From Corynebacterium amycolatum (GTDB taxonomy: Bacteria; Actinomycetota; Actinomycetes; Mycobacteriales; Mycobacteriaceae): 32,000 nt of DNA. The notes below the pieces were generated by a model. The model was not told where the DNA came from. It searched no databases and saw only the letters and a program-made list of their open reading frames with translations. This document shows, piece after piece, positions 1 through 8,135 of the stretch. The translations under genes and the position numbers were made by a program. The stretch lies in the NCBI RefSeq assembly GCF_049243625.1, contig NZ_CP046975.1. One strand, 5' to 3'. Within the stretch, counting starts at the first letter, position 1; every line of letters begins with the position of its first letter.

Positions 1-1214
1 CACGCACGCGCGCAGGCGTGTCGTATGTGATGGTCAACATGCTGTCCTCGATGGTGTTCCTGCTGGCGATTGGCCTGGTTTATCAAGCGGTGGGCACGGT
101 GAACTTCGCGCATATTTCTCTGCGTATGGAGGACATCCCCGATGGCACCCGCACCGCGATTTTCGCAGTGCTGCTCGTTGCCTTCGCAGTGAAGGCAGCA
201 GTGTTCCCGCTGTCGGCGTGGTTGCCAGACTCCTACCCCACCGCACCGTCGATGGTTACCGCGGTCTTCGCAGGGCTGCTGACGAAGGTGGGTGTCTACG
301 CGATCATCCGCACGCGCAGTGTCGTTTTCCCAGACGGCAGGCTTGACGACGTCCTGATGTGGGCCGGCCTAGCGACAATGCTCATGGGCATTCTCGGTGC
401 CATGGCCCAAAATGACATCAAACGTCTCTTGTCTTTTACGCTGGTATCCCACATCGGATACATGATCTTCGGTATTGCCGTCGGCAATACGCTGGGACTC
501 GGCGGCGCGATTTTCTACATCGTCCACCACATTCTGGTGCAGACGGCATTGTTCCTGGTGGTCGGGCTTATCGAGCGCCAGGCGGGCTCGTCCTCCCTGC
601 GCAGCCTCGGTAGTCTGGCCAAGACGTCGCCGCTGCTGGCGTTGCTATACCTCGTGCCCGCGCTCAACCTCGGTGGTATCCCGCCGTTCTCAGGCTTCCT
701 GGGCAAGGTCATGCTCATTGAGGCCGGCGCACAGAACGGATCCGCCACCGCATGGATTCTGGTTGCGGGATCTATCATCACCAGCCTGCTGACCCTCTAC
801 ACCATGATTCTTGTCTGGTCGAAGGCCTTCTGGCGCGACCGTTCCGACGCCCCCGAGGGCGACACCGTGCTTGCGCAGCCAGCCGCGCTCCGGGAAAGGA
901 CTCAGATGGTTGCTATCGCAGAGCGTGACGACGTCGGCAAGATGCCACTCGGCATGGTGATGCCGACGGCCCTGCTGGTGATTGCCTCTGTGGGGGTTAC
1001 CGTTCTGGCCGGGCCACTGTCCAATGTGGCTACCGAAGCGGCAAGCAACGTCGCGAATGTTGATGAGTACCGCGCAGCGGTCCTCGGTATCGACTCGGCC
1101 GATGACAAGGGCCTGGAGCAGCTGGAAAACCCAGGCCGCACCAAGAGCCCATGGAAGTCGGATTCAGCGACCGAACGTGCCACCAGCACGCTGGAAGGAG
1201 CAGGTGAAAGCTGA
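1..1214 (+). CDS. mrpD: Mrp-type monovalent cation/proton antiporter subunit D (NuoN/ND2-like), 5'-truncated at window edge
   Basis: The reading frame is open from the window start to TGA 1212-1214. The protein is polytopic with proton-pumping antiporter-like motifs (AWLPDSYPTAP, LLSFTLVSHIGYM). It is followed by E, F and G subunits, and its stop overlaps the next ATG (TGATG). Confidence 0.85.
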   Translation, partial: RTRAGVSYVMVNMLSSMVFLLAIGLVYQAVGTVNFAHISLRMEDIPDGTRTAIFAVLLVAFAVKAAVFPLSAWLPDSYPTAPSMVTAVFAGLLTKVGVYAIIRTRSVVFPDGRLDDVLMWAGLATMLMGILGAMAQNDIKRLLSFTLVSHIGYMIFGIAVGNTLGLGGAIFYIVHHILVQTALFLVVGLIERQAGSSSLRSLGSLAKTSPLLALLYLVPALNLGGIPPFSGFLGKVMLIEAGAQNGSATAWILVAGSIITSLLTLYTMILVWSKAFWRDRSDAPEGDTVLAQPAALRERTQMVAIAERDDVGKMPLGMVMPTALLVIASVGVTVLAGPLSNVATEAASNVANVDEYRAAVLGIDSADDKGLEQLENPGRTKSPWKSDSATERATSTLEGAGES

Positions 1215-1867
1215 TGAGTAAAGCGCGCGCCAAGGTGGCTGCAAAGCGACCACCACGTATTTCAATCCTGCTCTTCTTATTCACAGTGATTATTTGGGTC
1301 ATGCTGTGGGGCGAGGTGACATTTGCCAATGTGCTCTCGGGAATCCTTGTAGCCACGTTGCTGAACCTCGCCATGCCTATCCCGCCAAGCAGCGCACTGG
1401 ACATCAACTTCGGTGGCATGGTGCGACTGTTCGGTTCTTGGACAATCGACTTCGTGAAGGCCTCTATCAGTGTCGCCTGGCTGGCCATCCGACGAGATGA
1501 TCCGCCACCGACTGCCATTATCAAGGTCCCCATGCGGACCAATGACGATATTTCGCTCACGACTGCAATGGCACTAATTAATCTGCAGCCGGGCGGCATC
1601 ATCGTGGACATCGATAAGCGAAAAAAAACGCTGACCATGCATCTTCTCGACGCTTCGTCGACAGGCAAGGTAGCTGAACAAATCAACCAGCTGACCCGAA
1701 TCGAGCGACGGGTGATTCGCGCGTTTGAGAACCGCGATGTACATGAGCAACCGACTAAGCCAGGCTCTGGCGAAGAGCAGCCGAGCAGTGCGAAAAGCCG
1801 CGAGCAAGGCGAAACGAGCAGCGAAAAAGGGGAGAAAGGAGCAGTCGATGAACCCGGAAGTTTTTAA
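1214..1867 (+). CDS. mrpE: Mrp antiporter subunit E (MnhE family) with acidic/Ser-rich C-terminal tail
   Basis: ATG 1214 overlaps the mrpD stop. The N-terminal TM pair (ILLFLFTVIIWVMLWGEVTFANVLSGILVA) and its position in the operon are typical of MnhE. The last ~45 aa are low-complexity and overlap the mrpF frame. Confidence 0.8.
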   Translation: MSKARAKVAAKRPPRISILLFLFTVIIWVMLWGEVTFANVLSGILVATLLNLAMPIPPSSALDINFGGMVRLFGSWTIDFVKASISVAWLAIRRDDPPPTAIIKVPMRTNDDISLTTAMALINLQPGGIIVDIDKRKKTLTMHLLDASSTGKVAEQINQLTRIERRVIRAFENRDVHEQPTKPGSGEEQPSSAKSREQGETSSEKGEKGAVDEPGSF

Positions 1868-2258
1868 CATTCTGCTCGGCGTAGCTGCTGCAGGCTATTT
1901 CATTGCGGTGATGATTACCCTCGGGCACATGATCGCAGGACCAAACTCGCTGGACCGCCTGGTGGCCCTGGAGTCCATGACTGCAATGTTGCAGGGCATG
2001 CTCGCTGCGTTCATGGCCTGGAGCTTGGACACTTCGGTGGTCTACCCAATGCTCATCATTGCGCTGCTCGGTTTCCTGTCTTCGCTGGCGGTCGCCAAGT
2101 TCCGTGTTCCGGATGACGGAAAGCAGCCCGCGAAGGGCTCCCGAAAGGGTGTGGCGAAAGCAGCCGGAAAGGCCGCCACAAAGAAAACCGCACAGAAAGC
2201 AGCGCCTAAGGCAACACCGACAGCAGCTCCGAAAACAGTGAAGGGAGAGCCCAAATGA
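1848..2258 (+). CDS. mrpF: Mrp antiporter subunit F (MnhF family) with Ala/Lys/Pro-rich C-terminal tail
   Basis: ATG 1848 is preceded by a strong SD (GGAGAAAGGAG). The core has three TM segments (NILLGVAAAGYFIAVMITLGHMIAGPNSLDRLVALE) typical of MnhF. The same frame stays open upstream to 1725, so the start is uncertain. Confidence 0.75.
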   Translation: MNPEVFNILLGVAAAGYFIAVMITLGHMIAGPNSLDRLVALESMTAMLQGMLAAFMAWSLDTSVVYPMLIIALLGFLSSLAVAKFRVPDDGKQPAKGSRKGVAKAAGKAATKKTAQKAAPKATPTAAPKTVKGEPK

Positions 2259-2605
2259 TTCTCGTGGCAGACATTATCGCCATCGCACTCATTATCACCG
2301 GAATGCTACTGTGCGTTGCAGCGTCCGTGGGATTAATACGCTTCCGCGACACCATCAGTCGCATGCACGCATCCTCCAAGCCACAAACGCTGGGGCTAAT
2401 TCTGACGCTGTCGGGTTCGCTTTTACACGTCGCCACGCACGCGTCAGCTCACACAACTACTAGTAGTGACTTGGCTCTGTTGACCCTGATTATCCTGTTT
2501 GCTCTGGGTACATCGCCAATTGTTAGTAACCGCGTTGGCCACGAGGCGTTCAAGGAGAGGCTCGTCGACGAGGACAGCCTCGCCCGCGATGACAGCCGGG
2601 AATAA
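2255..2605 (+). CDS. mrpG: Mrp antiporter subunit G (MnhG family)
   Basis: An ATGA overlap links it to the mrpF stop. MnhG-like sequence is present (LIRFRDTISRMHASSKPQTLGLIL). It is the last gene of the operon. Confidence 0.85.
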   Translation: MILVADIIAIALIITGMLLCVAASVGLIRFRDTISRMHASSKPQTLGLILTLSGSLLHVATHASAHTTTSSDLALLTLIILFALGTSPIVSNRVGHEAFKERLVDEDSLARDDSRE

Positions 2606-2696
2606 CGAGAGGACACTCCCCGTCAAGATTGGACCCCGACCTGGAGCGGAACCGGGTTCGACCGGGGCCGCCCAGGGGGGGGGCGCCTTTCTTCAG

Positions 2697-2751
2697 TTAG
2701 TGGCTAGGTTTATGCACCCCAAAAGTGCTATAGGCCTAGTCACTAATTTTT
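2697..2751 (+). terminator. Candidate intrinsic terminator of the mrp operon
   Basis: The 12-nt arms TTAGTGGCTAGG (2697-2708) and CCTAGTCACTAA (2735-2746) pair with one G-U. They are followed by TTTTT (2747-2751). The interior loop is large at 26 nt. Confidence 0.45.
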
Positions 2752-2778
2752 GTCTGGGCACACACCGCTTAACGACGG

Positions 2779-4002
2779 CTAGTCGTCTATCTGCTCGTGG
2801 AAATCTGCAGGCGCTATCGGATGCCCGGCGCGCAGTTCCTGCACCGCAAGATCCACGGCGGCTCGCCACGGGGTGTGGCCAATGCGCTCTTCGTTCGCCC
2901 GTACGTCGTCCTCGGTAGCCATGGAAGGCAGCGCCCCGGCCGCATCCGCCACAGTGCGCTGACGCTCGTATGCCGCGCCCATTTCCACGATGTTGTTGAC
3001 GAATTCCAGTTCGGCTCGGCAGCCCAGTTCGTCGGCAAGCGGGGCGAGTTGAACCACAAGCTCACGGAGTTCATCGCGAACCCACCGCTCGTCGGTATCA
3101 CGATTGACGATGACCAACGCGTCCATGCCGTAGCGGGCGGCGCGCCACTTGTTTTCGGCGATGTGCCAGGACTGTAGCGACGGTAGTTCCTCGCCAGCCT
3201 CCCACATGCGGTCGTAGTAAACCGTCAAACAGTGCGTCAATGCCACGATAGCGGCGAGTTCCTGCAGGTTAGAGGTAGCGTCAGCGACACGAATCTCAAT
3301 GGTGCCGTACTTTGATGCTGGGCGAATGTCCAAGTGCATCGAGCCGGTGTGGTTGATGACGCCGGAGCGGGACTGGTCGTGCATGTAGGACTCCCACTCG
3401 GGCCACGAGTAAATCGCCGGCGGCTGACCAGCAGTGGGAAGCTGCTGGTAGAGCAGGCTTCGGTTGGAAGCGTAACCCATGTCCTCGCCGTTCCAGGCCG
3501 GTGAGGAGGCAGACAGCGCCAACATGTGCGGCAGCTTCGTTGCCAGGGCCTGAATGATCGGCCAAACGCGTTCGGAGTCCTTAATGCCAACGTGGACGTG
3601 GACTCCCCAGATGATCATCTGATTGCCCCACCACTGAGTGCGGTTGATGATTTCGGAGTAGTGCCCCTTAGCGCTGACCTGCTGAGCAGTACCGCGGGCG
3701 AACGGATGCGAGCCCGATGACCACACATCCACCCCAACGCGGTCAGCGGCATCGAGAACCTTGTCCAGCTGGCTTTGGAGCTCCGCTACGGCATCGGGCA
3801 CGTTCATGTGCACACCGGTGACGAGCTCCACTGTGTTGGCGAGGAACTCGCGCTGGAGCCCATGTCCGGGATGCTCCGCATCGATGATGTCGAGCACCTC
3901 GGCAGCAGCGGGGGCGGTGTCGCGCGTTCGTCGGTCAACGAACGCCACTTCCCATTCCACTCCCAGAGATGGCTGCGCCGATCCGGAAAATTGCTCAGTC
4001 AT
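2779..4002 (-). CDS. Carboxylate-amine ligase, glutamate-cysteine ligase family 2 (YbdK/GCS2; Rv0433-like)
   Basis: This 407-aa ORF has GCS2-type sequence ([51 protein letters not shown]). Confidence 0.88.
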   Translation of the reverse strand: MTEQFSGSAQPSLGVEWEVAFVDRRTRDTAPAAAEVLDIIDAEHPGHGLQREFLANTVELVTGVHMNVPDAVAELQSQLDKVLDAADRVGVDVWSSGSHPFARGTAQQVSAKGHYSEIINRTQWWGNQMIIWGVHVHVGIKDSERVWPIIQALATKLPHMLALSASSPAWNGEDMGYASNRSLLYQQLPTAGQPPAIYSWPEWESYMHDQSRSGVINHTGSMHLDIRPASKYGTIEIRVADATSNLQELAAIVALTHCLTVYYDRMWEAGEELPSLQSWHIAENKWRAARYGMDALVIVNRDTDERWVRDELRELVVQLAPLADELGCRAELEFVNNIVEMGAAYERQRTVADAAGALPSMATEDDVRANEERIGHTPWRAAVDLAVQELRAGHPIAPADFHEQIDD

Positions 4003-4019
4003 ACCGCTATTTTTTCACA

Positions 4020-4577
4020 CTAGGAGTCGTTTTCCTCAGTTGGCTCCGTCCAGGTGACGGTTTTTGCGCAGGAGGCAAGGTCACCGTTGGAATCGACAAG
4101 CGCAACTGTGGTGAAACTGTCTTCATCCACCTTGGACGGAACGTTCCAGACATCTGCATTCCGTTTGTCATCGACGTGCACTTCGCCGATGACACCCAAC
4201 CCTTCGGTTGCGGGGCTGCCGATGCCACTGCAGCCAGATGCACCGCGTGCCTGCACTGTGTACTTGCCCTTATCCAAGGTAGTGAACTGACCTTTTTCGT
4301 CGGAAAGGCCCATCCATCCCTTGGCGCTCATGACCTGTACAGTTGCCAGCATTTTCATTGATCCGTCGTCGTTTGTGCGGATGAAGTTATAGGCGCTGAC
4401 GCGCTCGGTCAGCTTCGGTGCAGCCGGATCTACGCTCACTGGCGCAGTGCTTGTCGACGCGTCCGCGTTCCCGTCCTTGTCACTGCTGGATTCAACCCCC
4501 GAGCAGGAAACCAACAGTGTTGCAGCACAACCCAACGCGGTGGCGACAGCAACGCGACGACGCTTTACGGCGAACAT
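4020..4577 (-). CDS. Putative secreted lipoprotein, function unknown
   Basis: The N-terminus is basic (KRRR), followed by a hydrophobic stretch and a lipobox LVSC. An SD (GAGG) lies upstream. Only 17 nt separate its stop from the GCS2 start. Confidence 0.7.
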   Translation of the reverse strand: MFAVKRRRVAVATALGCAATLLVSCSGVESSSDKDGNADASTSTAPVSVDPAAPKLTERVSAYNFIRTNDDGSMKMLATVQVMSAKGWMGLSDEKGQFTTLDKGKYTVQARGASGCSGIGSPATEGLGVIGEVHVDDKRNADVWNVPSKVDEDSFTTVALVDSNGDLASCAKTVTWTEPTEENDS

Positions 4578-4653
4578 AAAAACCTCACAGATCTCACTGG
4601 CTACTAGCAGAATACTAGTACCCCTTTTTCAACCGTGATCTGTTTGAGACTGC

Positions 4654-4707
4654 AAAATATGCAAAAGCCCCGCGTAAGCCATGAAATGTATGGCTTACGC
4701 GGGGCTT
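4654..4707 (-). terminator. Rho-independent terminator downstream of the LytR_C gene
   Basis: A perfect 18-bp stem pairs AAGCCCCGCGTAAGCCAT (4665-4682) with ATGGCTTACGCGGGGCTT (4690-4707) around a 7-nt loop. On the minus strand it is followed by TTTTGCATATTTT. Confidence 0.85.
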
Positions 4708-4801
4708 GGAAAGCTATGGGGAGGCTTCGTACCACGGCGGCAGGTCTTGACGCTTAGGCCGCAAACCTTAGTGAGAAACCGAAGTCCGGTGGGCCGGGAG
4801 T

Positions 4802-5746
4802 CTAGTGAGCCGGATCAGTTGCGACCACGACGATTCCCGCCGGAGCGTCCCGGAGGCGGTCATCGCGAGGTGCGGCTTCCCAACCGTTGTCGTGCGCAAT
4901 CTGCTCAGCGGCGGCCTTTTCCTCTTCGTTCCTCGGGTCGAAGTAGACGGTAGTCTTCTCCCACACACCCATCTCCTCTTCAGGAGCGTTACCGGTCTCA
5001 CCGGCGCCCCAGCCCTGCTCGCCCATCTGCTTGGACAGGTCATCGGCGAGGCCCACGACCTCAGAGTTATTCAGGACACTGACCTTGACAGTCTTGCGGT
5101 CAATCTGTGGCGCTTCGTTGGCCTCGTCCTGTGCCGGTGGATTCTCTGAGGGAGGAACCGGCTTGCCTGGCTCATTTGCCGGTGGCGGCGGCGGAACCTC
5201 GCCGTCACCGTCTCCAGCAGCACCATCCTTTGCCGGATCACTGCCGTTGGCCGAGTCAGCAGGCGCACCAGAGTCAGCCGGAGCGGATGCCGAGGTGTCA
5301 TTCTGGCCGGTGTTCTCGGCATCGTCGCCACGTGTGCTGAGTGCGTAGGCACCGTAGGCGACCAGGCACACGCCGATAGCGAGCAGCACGATAGCGAGAA
5401 CGCGCATGTAGCGGCCATCACCGGCACCGTCGCCGATGTCGCCGTCATCAACACCATCAGCAGCTGCGGAATTGCTAGCAGCAGCCCGAGAGCCAGCACC
5501 GGTAGTGGCGGCAGCGGTGGCACCAGCAGCGGTGGCACCAGCAGCGGCTGCGCCAGCGGCGGGAGCCGCAGATTTTGGCGCTGTGTGTTGAGCATCCGAC
5601 GGCTCGGAGTACGCATGAGCGCCGCCAGCAGCGGGAGCCTCCGCGTAATCGCTGTACTCATCAAAGTCGTCGAAGTCGTCATCGAGTCGATGACGGCCCG
5701 GACGCGGCGAATTCTGAGGGTTTAGTTGGTCAGACACATCCCACAT
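4802..5746 (-). CDS. LytR_C-domain membrane protein (Rv0431/VirR-like) with long disordered Ala/Gly/Pro/Asp-rich regions
   Basis: It has a single TM segment (VLAIVLLAIGVCLVAYGAYAL). The C-terminal LytR_C-like domain reads VKVSVLNNSEVVGLADDLSKQM...TTVYF. It lies next to DUF3263, as in mycobacteria. The start codon is uncertain because the SD is weak. Confidence 0.75.
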   Translation of the reverse strand: MWDVSDQLNPQNSPRPGRHRLDDDFDDFDEYSDYAEAPAAGGAHAYSEPSDAQHTAPKSAAPAAGAAAAGATAAGATAAATTGAGSRAAASNSAAADGVDDGDIGDGAGDGRYMRVLAIVLLAIGVCLVAYGAYALSTRGDDAENTGQNDTSASAPADSGAPADSANGSDPAKDGAAGDGDGEVPPPPPANEPGKPVPPSENPPAQDEANEAPQIDRKTVKVSVLNNSEVVGLADDLSKQMGEQGWGAGETGNAPEEEMGVWEKTTVYFDPRNEEEKAAAEQIAHDNGWEAAPRDDRLRDAPAGIVVVATDPAH

Positions 5747-5788
5747 CCTATATGTTCTGCCGCCGAACCGTGAAGTGAAACTTGAACC

Positions 5789-6136
5789 TTATGCGTCTTG
5801 GTTATCCCGCACGGCACGCAGCCGATGAACCAACACGGGTTCGGCTGCTTCGGCTGCCGGAGAGTCGAGAAGTCGAGAAAGTACCTGGTGGTAGCGGATT
5901 GTGTTGTTTCCAAAGTCCTCGGCAAAGCGACGCCGAATTGCCTCCTGCCGCGCACCGGCCATACGCGGCCCACGGCGGGCAACTTTCAGCCATTCTTTCT
6001 CAAAATCCAGCATTTTCTGCGCCAAAACGGGTTCAATGCCGCTGGTATCGCCCGCGAGTCCGAGATGCTCGGATGAGTCAGGCCGCAGCTCGGTCTCAGG
6101 TTCGTGGCTGCCGCCTATGGGTTTCTTGCTCACCAT
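5789..6136 (-). CDS. DUF3263-family protein (Rv0430-like)
   Basis: The pattern MLDFEKEW...AIRRRF...IRYHQVLSRLLDSPAAEAAEPVLVHRLRAVR matches DUF3263 as I remember it. ATG 6136 has an AGGAAAG SD, and GTG 6145 is an alternative start. Confidence 0.7.
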   Translation of the reverse strand: MVSKKPIGGSHEPETELRPDSSEHLGLAGDTSGIEPVLAQKMLDFEKEWLKVARRGPRMAGARQEAIRRRFAEDFGNNTIRYHQVLSRLLDSPAAEAAEPVLVHRLRAVRDNQDA

Positions 6137-6318
6137 TTTCCGCACCCCGCTTTCCTTCTCACTCGCCCTGATTTTCTATTCCGCACGACACTACTTATGC
6201 AGATACTTAGTGAAGATACATAGTATGGCCCAGCCACTCAGCCTCACCTATGCCCCACCTACAACTCCCTGGCACAACTCAGACATCACCAGGCGATTTA
6301 GAAAAGATGGACGCCGAG

Positions 6319-6324
6319 TAGAAT
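6319..6324 (+). promoter_or_regulatory. Candidate -10 box (TAGAAT) giving a leaderless def transcript
   Basis: TAGAAT is followed by a 7-nt spacer and then the def ATG at 6332. No SD precedes def. Confidence 0.35.
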
Positions 6325-6331
6325 CATCGAC

Positions 6332-6913
6332 ATGACTATCCGTCCCATTGTGATTGCCGGAGACCCCGTTCTCCACACTCCTACCCAGCCGGTAACCGAG
6401 GACATCTCCGAGCTGCGTGAGCTCATCGAGGACATGTACGAAACCATGGACCGCGCCCACGGTGTGGGGCTGGCTGCCAACCAGGTGGGCGTCGGCAAGC
6501 GTCTATTCGTCTACAACTGCCCCGATGATGACGACGTCTGGCACCGCGGCTGCGTCATCAATCCGGTGCTGACCACCAGTGAAATCCCGAAGACCATGCC
6601 TAACGACGACGGTTCCGATGACGAAGGCTGCCTCTCTGTACCCGGCCTGTCCTTCCCCACCAACCGCGCGGAGAAGGCTGTCGTCACCGGCCTGGATGAA
6701 AACGGCGAAGAGGTCCGCATCGAGGCCACCGGTTTCCTCGCTCGCTGCATGCAGCACGAGGTCGGCCATCTGGATGGGTTCCTTTACACCGACTGTCTCA
6801 CGGGCCGCTGGAAGCGCATGGCCAAGAAGGAAATCAAGCGCGCCGGTTGGACCGAGGGCAGCCTGACCTGGATGCCGGGCGTGGATCCAGACCCGTTCGG
6901 CCACGAGGATTAG
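6332..6913 (+). CDS. def: Peptide deformylase
   Basis: All three deformylase motifs are present: [13 protein letters not shown] and QHEVGH. Confidence 0.95.
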   Translation: MTIRPIVIAGDPVLHTPTQPVTEDISELRELIEDMYETMDRAHGVGLAANQVGVGKRLFVYNCPDDDDVWHRGCVINPVLTTSEIPKTMPNDDGSDDEGCLSVPGLSFPTNRAEKAVVTGLDENGEEVRIEATGFLARCMQHEVGHLDGFLYTDCLTGRWKRMAKKEIKRAGWTEGSLTWMPGVDPDPFGHED

Positions 6914-6916
6914 ATC

Positions 6917-8089
6917 GTGGCGGATAGGCAATTGGAGTCGTCGGCAAGCGAAAGTGCAGCACAGAAGCTACCGATTTCCCGCTGGGGCGTCGGTGAAGTG
7001 GCGGTGGGACGTCGTGTCATTGTGCGGCGCGCGCTGACCGATGAAGAGGCGCTGACCAGCGGCAAGAAGACTACGGACGTCATTGGGCATGTGCTCAGCA
7101 TGGATCCGTTCGTCGTGCGTCCGCAGGTTCGTGCTGGCGTGCGTGCCGACGAATCCGTGGCAGCGGTGGACTTTAGCGATAAGCACATTTTGATTGTGAA
7201 GGCCCTGCCGGATCATCCGGTGCGCAATTCGGATATTCGCGCCGTGGAAACTGCGACAGCGAAGGCCTTCCCGGGTATCGCGCATGTGGTGGAGTCGGGC
7301 TGGCTGCTGCGAGCCGGCGATGGCATTACGGAGCGTTCCAACTCTGCGCTGCCGCTCGAACCCGGAACCAGCACTCAGCCGGTGCCGTTGGAGAAGATTA
7401 AGTCGTTTTACGATTCCCACGATTTGCCGGTGCGGATTGCGATTCCGGATAGAATCGCCAAACCGGCACAGGCACTGGTCGCGGGGCCGGAGTGGACGGT
7501 CGGGCCGGACATTACGGTTATGACGCGCGCACTCGATGGGGATTTGCCGCCTGCTGAATTGGCAGCTGAATCGGACGGCGCAGCACAGGTGCTTGATGAG
7601 CACAGCGCCGAACAGGTGCTTGATGAGCACAGCGTCGAGCTTGCAGACGTGCAGGTGGATATCGCTGATCAACCTGACGACGACTGGCTGGGGCTCTACC
7701 ATTTCCGTGGTACTACGCTGCCTGAGCATGCGCTGCAGTTCCTGCGCAATGAAATTGATGGCCGCATGTGCTTCGGACGCCTGCAAGTGCCTGACAACAA
7801 TGCGCCTGAAGGCATACGCACGGTAGCCATTACGCGCGGCACGCTGACCGAATCGGACGACGGCCGTGTATGGCTCGGGTTCTCCGCTGTGGAAGTCGCA
7901 GCCGATATGCGCCGCCGAGGACTAGGCACGCTGCTTGGCATTCACATGATGCACTGGGGCGCACAACACGGGGCAGATTCGGCATATCTACAGGTATTGG
8001 GCTCAAATGAGGCTGGCATTGCGCTATACCGGACACTCGGTTTTACCGAACACCACCGGCACCGCTATGCGGAGCTGACAGAGGCTTAG
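6917..8089 (+). CDS. GNAT-family N-acetyltransferase (Rv0428c-like), two-domain
   Basis: GTG 6917 has a GAGGA SD 8 nt upstream. The C-terminal GNAT fold carries the acetyl-CoA motif RRRGLGTLL...GIALYRTLGF. Confidence 0.8.
   Translation: MADRQLESSASESAAQKLPISRWGVGEVAVGRRVIVRRALTDEEALTSGKKTTDVIGHVLSMDPFVVRPQVRAGVRADESVAAVDFSDKHILIVKALPDHPVRNSDIRAVETATAKAFPGIAHVVESGWLLRAGDGITERSNSALPLEPGTSTQPVPLEKIKSFYDSHDLPVRIAIPDRIAKPAQALVAGPEWTVGPDITVMTRALDGDLPPAELAAESDGAAQVLDEHSAEQVLDEHSVELADVQVDIADQPDDDWLGLYHFRGTTLPEHALQFLRNEIDGRMCFGRLQVPDNNAPEGIRTVAITRGTLTESDDGRVWLGFSAVEVAADMRRRGLGTLLGIHMMHWGAQHGADSAYLQVLGSNEAGIALYRTLGFTEHHRHRYAELTEA
7586..7639 (+). repeat. In-frame 27-bp tandem duplication inside the GNAT gene
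   Basis: CAGGTGCTTGATGAGCACAGCGCCGAA (7586-7612) is followed by CAGGTGCTTGATGAGCACAGCGTCGAG (7613-7639). They match at 25/27 positions and encode QVLDEHSAE/QVLDEHSVE. Confidence 0.95.
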
Positions 8090-8135
8090 GTTTCGGGGCT
8101 CACGTTTCGGCCCTGCCCTGCTCGCCCTAATCGCC

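Noticed and set aside
1030-1686. A 218-aa ORF lies antisense across the mrpD/mrpE junction.
   Set aside because: It lies opposite two well-supported, translationally coupled Mrp genes and its product has no recognisable features.
2675-2683. A G9 homopolymer could be a phase-variation tract.
   Set aside because: It lies between the convergent 3' ends of mrpG and the GCS2 gene. It is not in a promoter or coding region, so length changes would have no obvious expression consequence.
2640-2690. A GGGTTCGACC segment resembles a tRNA T-loop.
   Set aside because: The flanking sequence cannot form a T-stem, an acceptor stem or the rest of a cloverleaf on either strand.
4020-4577. The lipoprotein could be a Cu,Zn superoxide dismutase, given that it occupies the SodC-like position.
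   Set aside because: It has only one His and none of the GFHxH or GNAGxRxACGVI-type metal-binding motifs. Positional analogy alone is not evidence of function.
6968-7786. A 272-aa ORF lies antisense to the GNAT gene.
   Set aside because: It is a typical shadow ORF of a GC-rich gene. Its composition is Arg/His/Cys-rich and low-complexity, it has no SD, and it is fully embedded opposite a gene with clear GNAT motifs.
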